NCBI GenBank assembly: GCA_964602515.1
Contig: CAZRRJ010000004.1
Coordinates: forward strand, 152,220-216,219
Length of the DNA: 64,000 nucleotides
Direction of reading: 5' to 3'
Origin: an uncultured Saccharicrinis sp.
GTDB taxonomy: Bacteria > Bacteroidota > Bacteroidia > Bacteroidales > Marinilabiliaceae
The translations under genes were made by a program, and so were the position numbers. Shown here one piece after another: positions 30,625-41,746 of the stretch (its first letter is position 1; each line of letters begins with the position of its first letter). The notes under the pieces were generated by a model that had not been told where the DNA came from, searched no databases, and saw only the letters and a list, made by a program, of their open reading frames with translations.

Positions 30625-30729
30625 TTTCTCATTTCATTTTTTCATAATTTTATTGTTTAATAATCAAGAGTTATTATTTCGAGCATCCTTTTTTCCGGCC
30701 ATGGAGTTTGGGGTGCTCTTTTTATTTAA
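30625..30729. repeat. direct repeat copy B (overlaps the fecR stop; contains a dead copy of the susC start)
   Basis: The minus strand reads ATGAAAAAATGA (M K K stop) where copy A reads ATGAAAAAAAATGAAATGAG (MKKNEMR). Confidence 0.9.
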
Positions 30730-31741
30730 AATTCTTTTTTGCTGTTACTTTTATCTTTCTTCCATTAGCTTTTACATCAAATGGTGTAGCAATAGCGAAA
30801 TGATTCATAACAGCCCAAACCGACTTTGAATCAATTTCTCCAGTATACCTTTCAAACTTAAGCACATCATCAATCTCAATTTCTACATTATATAAACGTT
30901 CTATTTTTCGTGCCAACTCATGAAATGGTATATCTTTAAACTTCAATTGACCTTCTTTCCATGCAGATGCAAAACCTTCTTCTTTAGTTTCTTCTATTTT
31001 AAATACTCCACTTGCTTTATGATATCTGGCTGTTTCGCCTGGTTTAAGCAGAGCACCATTAACCTTTAAATTGTTGGCTCCTGAAAAACGCACACTACCT
31101 TCATCTAATACGGTGGTTACAATTTCATCATCTGCATAACACGATAGATCAAAACTAGTACCTAACACTTCAACATTAATGCTTGGTGTTTCTACTATAA
31201 ATACATCCCTACTATTATGTTTAACATTAAAATAAGCTTCCCCTTCTATCCATAGGCGTCGATTTTTGTTTGAAAAGTTAGATGGAACACTAACTTTAGT
31301 GTCAGCATTGATAAATATACGTGTACCATCAGACAATGTCAATTCAGACTTCTCTCCTTTAGGCACGTAAATATCTGTATAAAAAATCTGCTCCTGATTT
31401 GCTTTAAGTCTGTTTCCTGTAAGGATATAAACAGTGCTACCTACCAATAAACCAAACATTATAATTGCCGCAATTTTATAAAAACTTAATTTGCGGCTAA
31501 TTCGTTTAGACTTATTTTCATCCTCTTTCTTATAGCTTAAATTATATAAAAATTGTTCCGATTCCGATTCTGCACCAGTATTCTTATTTATTACTACAGA
31601 AGAGGACAATGCCCAAAGGTTCTTTTGCTTTATAAATTCCTGCTTTAATTCAACATCATCATCAAGTGTCTGATGAAAGTGTTTTCTTTCATCACCATTT
31701 AATTGACCTGTTAAATATTGTATGATATGCTCTTTATTCAC
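30722..31741 (-). CDS. FecR-family anti-sigma factor / transmembrane sensor
   Basis: 339 aa with an N-terminal anti-sigma region, a single TM helix (FYKIAAIIMFGLLVGSTVYIL) and FecR plus DUF4974-like periplasmic parts. GTG start, with an in-frame TAA four codons upstream. Confidence 0.85.
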   Translation of the reverse strand: MNKEHIIQYLTGQLNGDERKHFHQTLDDDVELKQEFIKQKNLWALSSSVVINKNTGAESESEQFLYNLSYKKEDENKSKRISRKLSFYKIAAIIMFGLLVGSTVYILTGNRLKANQEQIFYTDIYVPKGEKSELTLSDGTRIFINADTKVSVPSNFSNKNRRLWIEGEAYFNVKHNSRDVFIVETPSINVEVLGTSFDLSCYADDEIVTTVLDEGSVRFSGANNLKVNGALLKPGETARYHKASGVFKIEETKEEGFASAWKEGQLKFKDIPFHELARKIERLYNVEIEIDDVLKFERYTGEIDSKSVWAVMNHFAIATPFDVKANGRKIKVTAKKNFK

Positions 31742-31973
31742 TTGAGTTAATTATGCGTTCATAGTTATAACACCTAACTTAATCTTATCCCCCACGCATT
31801 TATTATTTATTTTTCACTTTTTTTTACATTTATAACGTATATATCTATTTATGTGAATATTACACAAACAGTATTTTTTATAATCCTCCAAATAATATAA
31901 CTCGTATCGCAAGAATGTAATAATAATTACCACCTTTTAACACTCTTACAATCACTTATTCATCAATTCTTCC

Positions 31974-31981
31974 TAATTTTG
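31974..31981 (+). promoter_or_regulatory. candidate -7 box TAatTTTG for the ABC-F gene
   Basis: Matches TAnnTTTG, 25 nt upstream of the ATG at 32006. Confidence 0.3.
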
Positions 31982-31996
31982 CGCCCTGAAAAATAG

Positions 31997-33619
<1,623 letters not shown>

Positions 33620-33652
33620 GAAAGTACACAACAAACCAATTATATTTACACT

Positions 33653-33691
33653 AAGGGATTGAACAAGTAGCTGGTTCAATCCCTTTTGTTT
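33653..33691 (+). terminator. rho-independent terminator after the ABC-F gene
   Basis: 12-bp stem AAGGGATTGAAC/GTTCAATCCCTT followed by TTGTTT. Confidence 0.6.
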
Positions 33692-33882
33692 ATGTGCAAA
33701 ATATTATCACTATTCCTTTAAAACAACCACTTGACACCTATTTACACTATAAGCAGAATAATTATAATGCCAATTGTACTTTGAGGTATGTAAATGAAAA
33801 CCTAATAAAAATAAAACATTGCTTCATACGTTTTAGTAACACTTAATATGCTCAGCATTGATTTTTTATAACTCTGATTAAG

Positions 33883-34425
33883 CTATAAGTCACTTCTTAA
33901 CTTACTGAATATTTCTAAATCAAAGTACACTTCGTCACTAAACCGTTCCCCGGCCCGTTCAATTCCTTCAAATATAAAGTTAAGGCGTTTTGGTATTCTA
34001 CGACTTGGTTCATTTCCTACTGCACACTTAATTTGAATACGGTTTAGCCCTAACTTAGCAAAAGCAAAAGCAAAATCACATAACTTAGCAACTGATTGTG
34101 TTATTATTCCTTGCCCCTGAAATTCGTCTAACAACCAGTAACCAATCTCAGTTTTACGGTTACTTCTATCTGTATCCCTGAAACCAATAAGTCCAATAAA
34201 TCTATCATTCTTACGTATGGTAAAAATATACTCCCGCTCCTCTAAAGGTACTTTGGATATTGTTGATATAAATGCCTGGGTATGTTCAGGCTTTGTGGTA
34301 AATCCCACAAAAGGTAACCATCGTCCTAAGTATTCGCGTTGTTGGTCGATGGCATTAAATACATCAGAAGCATCATCCATTGAGATTTGTCGGAGTGTAA
34401 TTTCAAGGTTTATTTGTAGTATCAT
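33883..34425 (-). CDS. GNAT-family N-acetyltransferase (RimJ/RimL-like)
   Basis: 180 aa. The motif A region is ..EFQGQGIITQSV.. and the overall layout is GNAT_3-like. Confidence 0.8.
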   Translation of the reverse strand: MILQINLEITLRQISMDDASDVFNAIDQQREYLGRWLPFVGFTTKPEHTQAFISTISKVPLEEREYIFTIRKNDRFIGLIGFRDTDRSNRKTEIGYWLLDEFQGQGIITQSVAKLCDFAFAFAKLGLNRIQIKCAVGNEPSRRIPKRLNFIFEGIERAGERFSDEVYFDLEIFSKLRSDL

Positions 34426-34450
34426 AATTTGAATTGTAAATGGTGTTTAA

Positions 34451-34771
34451 TCAAGTTTCCTTACCTGCAGTTTTCATCAATTGCAAAAACCTTTCTTTAC
34501 CCAAACGCTTTAGCATTTTCTGGTTCTCCATTAGATCTTGCCCGTATTTTAGCCAACGACCTGCAAACTGACGAAATCTATAACACGGATAAGCTGGGCA
34601 CTGATAACAAAATTCAAACTTATTATCGACCACACAACAAACAAATATTCCTTTGCATTTTCTCTTTTCACAACCACCTTTACCTCCACTACATGTATTC
34701 TTCTCTCGTATATAATTAGGGCATTTCTGACAGTATATACCACATGGTGGAACAAAAATATCTTCTTTCAT
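34451..34771 (-). CDS. DUF3795-like Cys-rich protein
   Basis: CGIYCQKCPNY...CSGGKGGC...FCYQCPAYPC pattern. Confidence 0.7.
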   Translation of the reverse strand: MKEDIFVPPCGIYCQKCPNYIREKNTCSGGKGGCEKRKCKGIFVCCVVDNKFEFCYQCPAYPCYRFRQFAGRWLKYGQDLMENQKMLKRLGKERFLQLMKTAGKET

Positions 34772-35553
34772 AACAGGTGCTCAATAGGTTTAGTTATAAC
34801 CAATTTCTTTATCTGAACAGTCACATATATTGAAGTGTGATCTCCAATAGCTTGCAAGCTTTATCTTTATATGTAAAGATGCTAAAATAAGTAAGTGACA
34901 TCAAAAATTTATTACAGAATATAAAATCTGCGGACAACACTACACAAATCTAAACTAATAATTAACTTGCTATCAATCATTAACAAATTATATTCGCTCT
35001 ACTTCTATTTACACATTTACACACCTTCTAACCAGTCAGAATCTACTTCACCAATTATAACAAGATTTGTTTTTTCATGAAAAGCTTTTTTAGATATATT
35101 TTTGGGCTCTATTTTCTTAATTTTTCCGTTAGAATCCTGAAACCCAAAATATTCAGTATTAATCTTTTCTATTATGAGTCCTGTAACTTAACTTATCTAT
35201 CGTTTTCTTTTACATATTTATGGTTCTAACTTCTTTATTATTAACAGAACCTGTACCTAAACACCATGCTCTTGACTGAATACAGGAAAATATACAGATT
35301 ATAATGATAATAGTGTGTCCTAACAGTTTCATAATGCCTGATAGCACCTACTCTTTTATTTAGGATTTTCGGTCACTTCCTGCCTGGTATATTACGCATT
35401 CAAAATCCAGGTCTATAATCCAGACTAAAACTTATGGCTTTCTTTACGAATAATATTATAAGGAAACGAAAGATAAATCATATCCTGTAATACCAATAAT
35501 ACCTACTTTCGCTTGTCTCATTTCTTTGAACTGTAAAAGCAAATTGTTATTAA

Positions 35554-37896
35554 ATGAAAAAACATCTAATCTTATTCGCAAGTCTGGTTCTATTAGCGAG
35601 CATCACTTGCTACGGACAAAAAGCGAACTTTAAGCTGGCTGACAAATTCACTAAAGATAATGTAAGAAAGTACACCGGATCAAGCCAGGTAATGCCAAAC
35701 TGGATCGAAAATAGTCACTTGTTCTGGTATAGCTACAAGACAGCTAATGGTAAAAACTTTTATTTTGTTGATCCTGAAAAGCGTAGTAAAAAGCCTTTAT
35801 TCGACAATAACGATTTGGCTTCTAAAATCACTGCTATAACTCACAAAGCATATAATATTAATGACTTACCCATTACAAAGCTGGAATTTGAGCAGAACAG
35901 TAAATCAAGCTTTACATTTGAGATAGACGAATTAAAATTTCGTTACGACCTGAAAACAAAATGGGTAAGTCAAGTTGATTCTGTTAAAAAGGAAAAGAAA
36001 GATACATGGAAAAGCTATTCGCCTGATAGTACCTATATTGTTTTTGCTCGCCAACACAACCTTTACATGATAAAAGCTGATGATACTGACAGTGTAGAAA
36101 CGCAACTAACGACAGATGGAGAGCGCTGGTTCAGCTATCAGAGCAATGGAGGCGACACCACATCAGACAAACGACTGCAAGCATGGGTATCATGGTTTAA
36201 AGACGAAAAGAAGTTTTATATCACACGATACGATATGCGTAAAGTTAAAGAAATGGCTGTAATTAACTCAGTATCAGATCCACGCCCAAAAGTCGAAACC
36301 TATAAATATTCCATGCCGGGCGACGAGCATATTGGACAGCCTCATTTGGCAATTTATGATTTATCTTCTGAAGAGTGGATAAAACCAGACATTAGTAAAT
36401 GGAAAGATCAAAGCATCCATCCTTACCGCCCCACAAAAACTTCCGACAATTTATTTGTAATACGCAAAAAGCGAACTTGCGATGAGTTAGAATTGGTAAA
36501 GGTAGATACCAATACCGGCAAAGTAACACCATTATTCAGTGAAAAGTCAAAACCGTATTTCAATGATCAGATGAACCAGTTGCACATCATTAATGAAGGT
36601 GAAGAATTTATCTGGTGGTCTGAACGTACCGGATGGGGACAACTTTACCGCTACGATGCTAACGGTAACCTAAAAAACCAAATTACAAAAGGCAACTGTG
36701 TTGTTGGTAAAGTGGCCCGCATTGATACAGTATCAAATACACTATATTACCCTGTTTATGGTAAAGAAAAAGGTTTTGATCCGTATTACTCTATTTTCTA
36801 CAGGACCAATTTCGATGGTAGCAACACGCGTATTATCACGCCGGAGGAGGCCAATCATCACTTTAGCATGCCTAAAACAGACAAATATGCCAATTATTTT
36901 GTGAATAACTACTCAAGGGTAGACCAGGCTCCTAAAGCTGTTGTACGTAATAAGGATGGTGCTGTTATAATGGATCTGGAAACAATGGATCTAAGCCGCG
37001 TAAAAGAACTGGGCTGGTCGTTTCCTGAAAAATTTGTGGTAAAAGCAGATGATGGTATAACTGATTTACACGGTGTTATGTGGAAACCTTTTGACTTTGA
37101 TTCTACAAAACAATACCCTATTATATCATATGTATATCCGGGACCACAAACCGAAGCAGTAGTGCGTGATTTCACCGTCACCGCCCGATATAATACTGCT
37201 TTAGCTCAATTGGGTTTTGTAGTGATTTCTGTAGGACACCGGGGCGGCAGTCCTAAACGCCATAAGTACTACCACACGTATGGCTATAACAACTTGCGCG
37301 ATTATGCGCTAAAAGATGATATGTTCGCCATACAGCAATTGGCCAACCGTTATGATTATATTGATATTAATAGGGTTGGTATCTTTGGTCATAGTGGAGG
37401 TGGCTTTATGTCAACTGCGGCCATGTTTGCTTACCCTGACTTTTATAAAGCTGCTGTTTCATCAGCCGGCAATCATGATAACAACATTTATAACAAATGG
37501 TGGGGCGAAACACACCATGGAGTAAAAGAGGTAAAGAAAAAGATTAAAAATAAAGAGATGGTAAAAGATTCAACAGAAGTTAAAGTGCCTGAAGAAGATG
37601 AATATGAGATCTCTTTTAAAAGTAAAATACCTACCAACCCATCTATAGCTAAAAACCTAAAAGGACATTTAATGTTGGTGCATGGTGAAATTGATAATAA
37701 TGTGCACCCGGCAAATACTATGCGTGTTGCTAAAGCTTTAATGGATGCCCGTAAACGTTTTGACCTGATGATTATCCCTAATGTTCGCCATGGCTTTTCG
37801 CAGTACTCACCATATTTTGAGAAGATGATTTGGTACCATTTTTCGGAGCATTTACTGGGTGACTATCGTAATAATGTGGATATAGATTTACCATAG
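35554..37896 (+). CDS. S9-family serine peptidase, dipeptidyl-peptidase IV-like
   Basis: Signal peptide, a DPPIV-type beta-propeller N-domain, the nucleophile elbow GIFGHSGGG, then D (GEIDNNV) and H (VRHGF). Confidence 0.85.
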   Translation: MKKHLILFASLVLLASITCYGQKANFKLADKFTKDNVRKYTGSSQVMPNWIENSHLFWYSYKTANGKNFYFVDPEKRSKKPLFDNNDLASKITAITHKAYNINDLPITKLEFEQNSKSSFTFEIDELKFRYDLKTKWVSQVDSVKKEKKDTWKSYSPDSTYIVFARQHNLYMIKADDTDSVETQLTTDGERWFSYQSNGGDTTSDKRLQAWVSWFKDEKKFYITRYDMRKVKEMAVINSVSDPRPKVETYKYSMPGDEHIGQPHLAIYDLSSEEWIKPDISKWKDQSIHPYRPTKTSDNLFVIRKKRTCDELELVKVDTNTGKVTPLFSEKSKPYFNDQMNQLHIINEGEEFIWWSERTGWGQLYRYDANGNLKNQITKGNCVVGKVARIDTVSNTLYYPVYGKEKGFDPYYSIFYRTNFDGSNTRIITPEEANHHFSMPKTDKYANYFVNNYSRVDQAPKAVVRNKDGAVIMDLETMDLSRVKELGWSFPEKFVVKADDGITDLHGVMWKPFDFDSTKQYPIISYVYPGPQTEAVVRDFTVTARYNTALAQLGFVVISVGHRGGSPKRHKYYHTYGYNNLRDYALKDDMFAIQQLANRYDYIDINRVGIFGHSGGGFMSTAAMFAYPDFYKAAVSSAGNHDNNIYNKWWGETHHGVKEVKKKIKNKEMVKDSTEVKVPEEDEYEISFKSKIPTNPSIAKNLKGHLMLVHGEIDNNVHPANTMRVAKALMDARKRFDLMIIPNVRHGFSQYSPYFEKMIWYHFSEHLLGDYRNNVDIDLP

Positions 37897-38029
37897 ATAT
37901 TTTACTGAATCTGATTAATTTTTATTAATATGGTACGTTTGGACAAAGTATAAGCTAGTTTCAGACCTGTCAACTAAAACTTGTCAGGTCTGAATAAAGT
38001 ACTACTTTCGCTACTCAAATCTAATAAAT

Positions 38030-38239
38030 ATGGATCCTCAGATATTAGTTACATTAACAACTATGCGAATGCCTTATGGAAAATACAAGGGACGTATCCT
38101 GTGCGATATCCCTGAACATTACTTAGTTTGGTATCATCAAAAAGGTTTCCCAGAGGGCAAACTCGGAATGCTATTATACACCTTATATGAAATTAAGCTA
38201 AATGGCTTAGAGTATTTACTAAAGCCACTGCGCAAATAA
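38030..38239 (+). CDS. DUF3820-family protein
   Basis: MPYGKYKGRILCDIPEHYLVWYHQKGFPEGKLG matches the family pattern. Confidence 0.7.
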   Translation: MDPQILVTLTTMRMPYGKYKGRILCDIPEHYLVWYHQKGFPEGKLGMLLYTLYEIKLNGLEYLLKPLRK

Positions 38240-38291
38240 AAAACCCTGACTACACAAGGTAATCAGGGCAATTATCCGAAATTAGCAAAAG

Positions 38292-39185
38292 TTACTGTCC
38301 GAACTTATAACTTAGGCCAAAACCAAAAAGTTGTTTAAACTGTGCTCTTGCCCCTCTCTCCTCTCCGGCATCATTCACATATTTTATATCATCATCGTAT
38401 ATCAGGTTAAACGATGCTACAGCACTTAAATAATCATTAACTTTCATTTTAAAAGCCAATTCCCAGTCTACATCAACATTTTGTGGTTTGCTACCAAAGT
38501 TGGAGAATAAATCTAAACGTGTATTGACATCCACATTCTTAATCAAGTTAGCCTTTTTTGCAACCACCTTTACCATAGCACCAAATTCACCTCTTAAATT
38601 ATCGCCCGGTTCTACACCAAAGGCTCCGGCTGTAGATAAAGAATCATCCATCACAATGGTCATCTTACTTGTTAAAGGAGACAGGTAAAGCGAGAAATTA
38701 TTATTGGGTTTATAATCCATACCCAGTGAGAAATTTACATACCCAGGCGACATAATATCAGATAATTTCATTGTATTCTCCGGAGGGTCATTATAACCAA
38801 CATCCATCTGCGTTTTAAAGTCAAGTAAAGCTGTATAAAACCATTTGCTATGGTCGCCGGCATTATAACCCAATTTAGAAGTAAAGTACAACTTATCTTC
38901 CGTCTTCACCATATTTTCACTGCCCTGCTTTGTTAAACCATAACCAAAGTCAATAGTATTATCCCAGGCTACTTTATCCTTACTGTAGTTAAAATATACA
39001 TTTAATAAAAAAGTACCGGCCACAGAATTTTTACCTCCAGCAGCCCAGTTAGTTAATGAAACCTGATTGAATGTTAAGGATGGCGTACCTCCAATTTTCC
39101 AATGTTTAATTGTGTCGCTTTCAGCTGTCTGCCCTGTTACTGCAATAGTAAACACTAACAAGCAAAAGCTCATAATCTTCTTCAT
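38292..39185 (-). CDS. DUF3078-like outer-membrane beta-barrel protein
   Basis: Signal peptide from the ATG at 39185. WKIGG..LTFNQVSLTNWAAGGKNS motif and a C-terminal ..YKFGQ. Confidence 0.7.
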   Translation of the reverse strand: MKKIMSFCLLVFTIAVTGQTAESDTIKHWKIGGTPSLTFNQVSLTNWAAGGKNSVAGTFLLNVYFNYSKDKVAWDNTIDFGYGLTKQGSENMVKTEDKLYFTSKLGYNAGDHSKWFYTALLDFKTQMDVGYNDPPENTMKLSDIMSPGYVNFSLGMDYKPNNNFSLYLSPLTSKMTIVMDDSLSTAGAFGVEPGDNLRGEFGAMVKVVAKKANLIKNVDVNTRLDLFSNFGSKPQNVDVDWELAFKMKVNDYLSAVASFNLIYDDDIKYVNDAGEERGARAQFKQLFGFGLSYKFGQ

Positions 39186-39215
39186 GTGAAACATTATTAC
39201 TTTAAATTTATAAAA

Positions 39216-39236
39216 TACTCCGCCTTGGGCGGAGTA
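39216..39236 (-). terminator. terminator hairpin after mscS
   Basis: TACTCCGCC-TTG-GGCGGAGTA, followed on the minus strand by a T-rich tract. Confidence 0.55.
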
Positions 39237-39259
39237 GAATTTTCTGCATGTATATGCCA

Positions 39260-40084
39260 TTATACATTACGCACGTGAACATCGCGTTGAGGGAATGGTA
39301 TTGAAATACCTTGCTTGTCAAACTCTTTCTTCACAAATTCCATCATGTAAAAATATACTGCCCAGTAGTCTGCTGTATTTGTCCACATACGCGTGGCCAG
39401 GTTAACTGAGCTATCCCCCAGCTCTACTAATCCAACAAAAACTTCAGGCTCTTTATGGACTAACTCATTTTTAAGTGCCACTTCTTTAATTATATCACGC
39501 GCTTTATCCAAATCATCACCATAACTAATACCAAACACAATATCAACACGACGAGTAGACTCTTTAGTATAATTAGTCATCACACCAGATGATAAACCTC
39601 CATTAGGAATTATTACTATTTTATTATCCACCGAGGTTAGTATTGTATTAAATATCTGAATTTCCTTTACAATTCCAGCATGCCCTTGTGCTTCAATATA
39701 ATCTCCAACTTTAAATGGTTTAAGTATAAGTAAGATAACGCCACCTGCAAAATTCTGTAGTGTACCAGACAAAGCCATCCCCACAGCTAAACCGGCAGCA
39801 CCTAGAACTGCAATAAATGAAGTCATCTGTATACCTACATAAGTAATAACACTTATAAATAGTAACACTTTAAGCGTTACTGAAGCAAGGCTAACAATAA
39901 ATGGCACCAACGTTTCGTCAATCTTCCGGGCAATAAGAATACGCCTAAAGCCTTTAACAATAGAATTAACAATCCATAAACCAACAACTGCAATAACAAT
40001 TGCAATCAATACTTTAAGCCCGTTATGAATTACCCAATCATAAATAGGTTTCCAATCAAAGCCTTCTAATCCTAATTCGTTCAT
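39260..40084 (-). CDS. mechanosensitive ion channel family protein (MscS-type)
   Basis: 274 aa with three TM helices followed by the MscS beta-domain (..FKVGDYIEAQGHAGIVKEIQIFNTIL..). Confidence 0.9.
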   Translation of the reverse strand: MNELGLEGFDWKPIYDWVIHNGLKVLIAIVIAVVGLWIVNSIVKGFRRILIARKIDETLVPFIVSLASVTLKVLLFISVITYVGIQMTSFIAVLGAAGLAVGMALSGTLQNFAGGVILLILKPFKVGDYIEAQGHAGIVKEIQIFNTILTSVDNKIVIIPNGGLSSGVMTNYTKESTRRVDIVFGISYGDDLDKARDIIKEVALKNELVHKEPEVFVGLVELGDSSVNLATRMWTNTADYWAVYFYMMEFVKKEFDKQGISIPFPQRDVHVRNV

Positions 40085-40226
40085 AATAATAGTAAGTTAA
40101 AGTTTCAATGTCTTTCGTTAATAATGTTAAAATAATTAATAGTCAGGTAAAGTTAGGAATTGTTACATTAAAAAAATGAATTTTCACATGATTAATGTGT
40201 AATTTTCGCCACAAAAAATAAAAGCC

Positions 40227-40838
40227 ATGTTTTTAGACAAAACCAGCCCAAATAATTCTATTTCAATACCTACACATATCAAAGGACTTATTTTTGATAT
40301 GGATGGCACATTAATCAACAGCTTACCGGCACACTATAAAGCATGGCTTGAAGCTTGTAATTCTTATGGTGTAGACTTTACATTTGATTACTTTACTACA
40401 TTAACAGGTCGTCCTGTAATTGAATTAAGTAAAGATATTATTACACGATTCAATATGAATATTTCACCTGTTCAGCTTGTTAAAGAAAAAGAAGCGCTTG
40501 TTGAAAAAAACCTTAATGAAGTAAAACTGATTCAGCCTGTAATGCGAGTTATTAAAGCCTATAATAGAAAACTCCCCATGGCAGTAGGAACAGGAGCCTG
40601 TAAACAAATGGCAACCCACCTGTTGAGCAAAGCAGGTATTATTAATCAATTTAAGAGTATTATTACTTCTGATGATGTTGATAATTATAAGCCTCATCCT
40701 GAAACATTTCTAAAAGCAGCACTAGAAATAAATGTTGTACCTGAAGAATGCCTGGTATTTGAAGACGGACAATTAGGTATTGAAGCCGCAATAGCAGCTG
40801 GAATGAGCGTAATTGATGTTAAACCATTTTATGAGTAA
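40227..40838 (+). CDS. HAD-family hydrolase (beta-phosphoglucomutase-like subfamily IA)
   Basis: DMDGTLINS motif I, a T/S motif II region, and a C-terminal FEDGQLGIEAAIAAGM. Confidence 0.85.
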   Translation: MFLDKTSPNNSISIPTHIKGLIFDMDGTLINSLPAHYKAWLEACNSYGVDFTFDYFTTLTGRPVIELSKDIITRFNMNISPVQLVKEKEALVEKNLNEVKLIQPVMRVIKAYNRKLPMAVGTGACKQMATHLLSKAGIINQFKSIITSDDVDNYKPHPETFLKAALEINVVPEECLVFEDGQLGIEAAIAAGMSVIDVKPFYE

Positions 40839-40842
40839 GCAT

Positions 40843-41478
40843 ATGGAAAAACTTTCGTTTGACCTGATTTTATTATTGGACTACATAGGAACACTTGTTT
40901 TTGCAATTAGTGGAACATTGACAGCAGCTCAAAAGCGTCTGGATATTTTTGGAGCTATATTTATTGGTTTTGTTACAGCCATTGGTGGAGGAACTGTCCG
41001 CGACATAATGCTTGGTAATGTACCTGTTTCATGGATCCAATCAACCGATTACTTCTTTCTTATTCTGGCCGGTATTTTAATAACGATTATTTTTAAACGG
41101 GTGGTTGTTAAATTGCGCAACACACTTTTTTTATTTGACACCATTGGTATAGCAGTTTTTACGGTTATTGGCATGGAGAAGGCTATTTCCTTCGGTATAT
41201 CGGCGCCAATAGCGGTTATTATGGGAGTTTCGTCGGCCGTTGTAGGGGGGATCATTCGTGATACCTTGACCAATGAAGTTCCACTTATCTTTCATAAAGA
41301 AATATACGCAACAGCCTGTATATCAGGCGCAATTATTTACCTAACACTACACCATTTTAATGTCCCTCAAATTATTTGCGAGAGTGTAACTGTACTAACA
41401 ATTATTGGTATTCGCTTATGGGCAGTAAAATACAATATTACCATGCCTCATATCAGTTTAAACGATAAGGATGAATAA
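40843..41478 (+). CDS. TRIC/UPF0126-family cation channel protein (YadS-like)
   Basis: Two UPF0126 repeats with GGGTVRD and GGIIRD motifs. I prefer the ATG at 40843, 4 nt after the HAD gene's stop codon. Confidence 0.8.
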   Translation: MEKLSFDLILLLDYIGTLVFAISGTLTAAQKRLDIFGAIFIGFVTAIGGGTVRDIMLGNVPVSWIQSTDYFFLILAGILITIIFKRVVVKLRNTLFLFDTIGIAVFTVIGMEKAISFGISAPIAVIMGVSSAVVGGIIRDTLTNEVPLIFHKEIYATACISGAIIYLTLHHFNVPQIICESVTVLTIIGIRLWAVKYNITMPHISLNDKDE

Positions 41479-41746
41479 GCACCAAAAGACGATGCTTTAA
41501 ATGATATCAATTCATTAAACACCTTTCATGTACTTAATTTTTGCTTTTATTACAATATGGAACTCATCAAATTTGAACCTTTCCCTGTGTAAGAATTTAT
41601 TTACTGACACCGATTTTCAATTCTGATGGCTCGTTTCATATCACAATAGTTAACGCCAAAATACAATTACAGAAAAATTTTTATCACTCAATAATTATCA
41701 TATTTAATTGATAATTACAATTAAGAATCTAATAAAAAAACTAAAC

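Noticed and set aside
35017-35332. Possible frameshifted small lipoprotein gene on the minus strand (MKLLGHTIIIIICIFSC... then ..IIEKINTEYFGFQDSNGKIKKIEPKN..SDWLEGV*)
   Set aside because: The two pieces are in different frames and the second has no start. I recognise no family. It may be a pseudogene relic, but the evidence is too thin to list as a feature.
37961-37993. 9-bp-stem hairpin TCAGACCTG/CAGGTCTGA after the peptidase gene
   Set aside because: No U-run follows on either strand, so I do not call it a terminator. It may still form in RNA.
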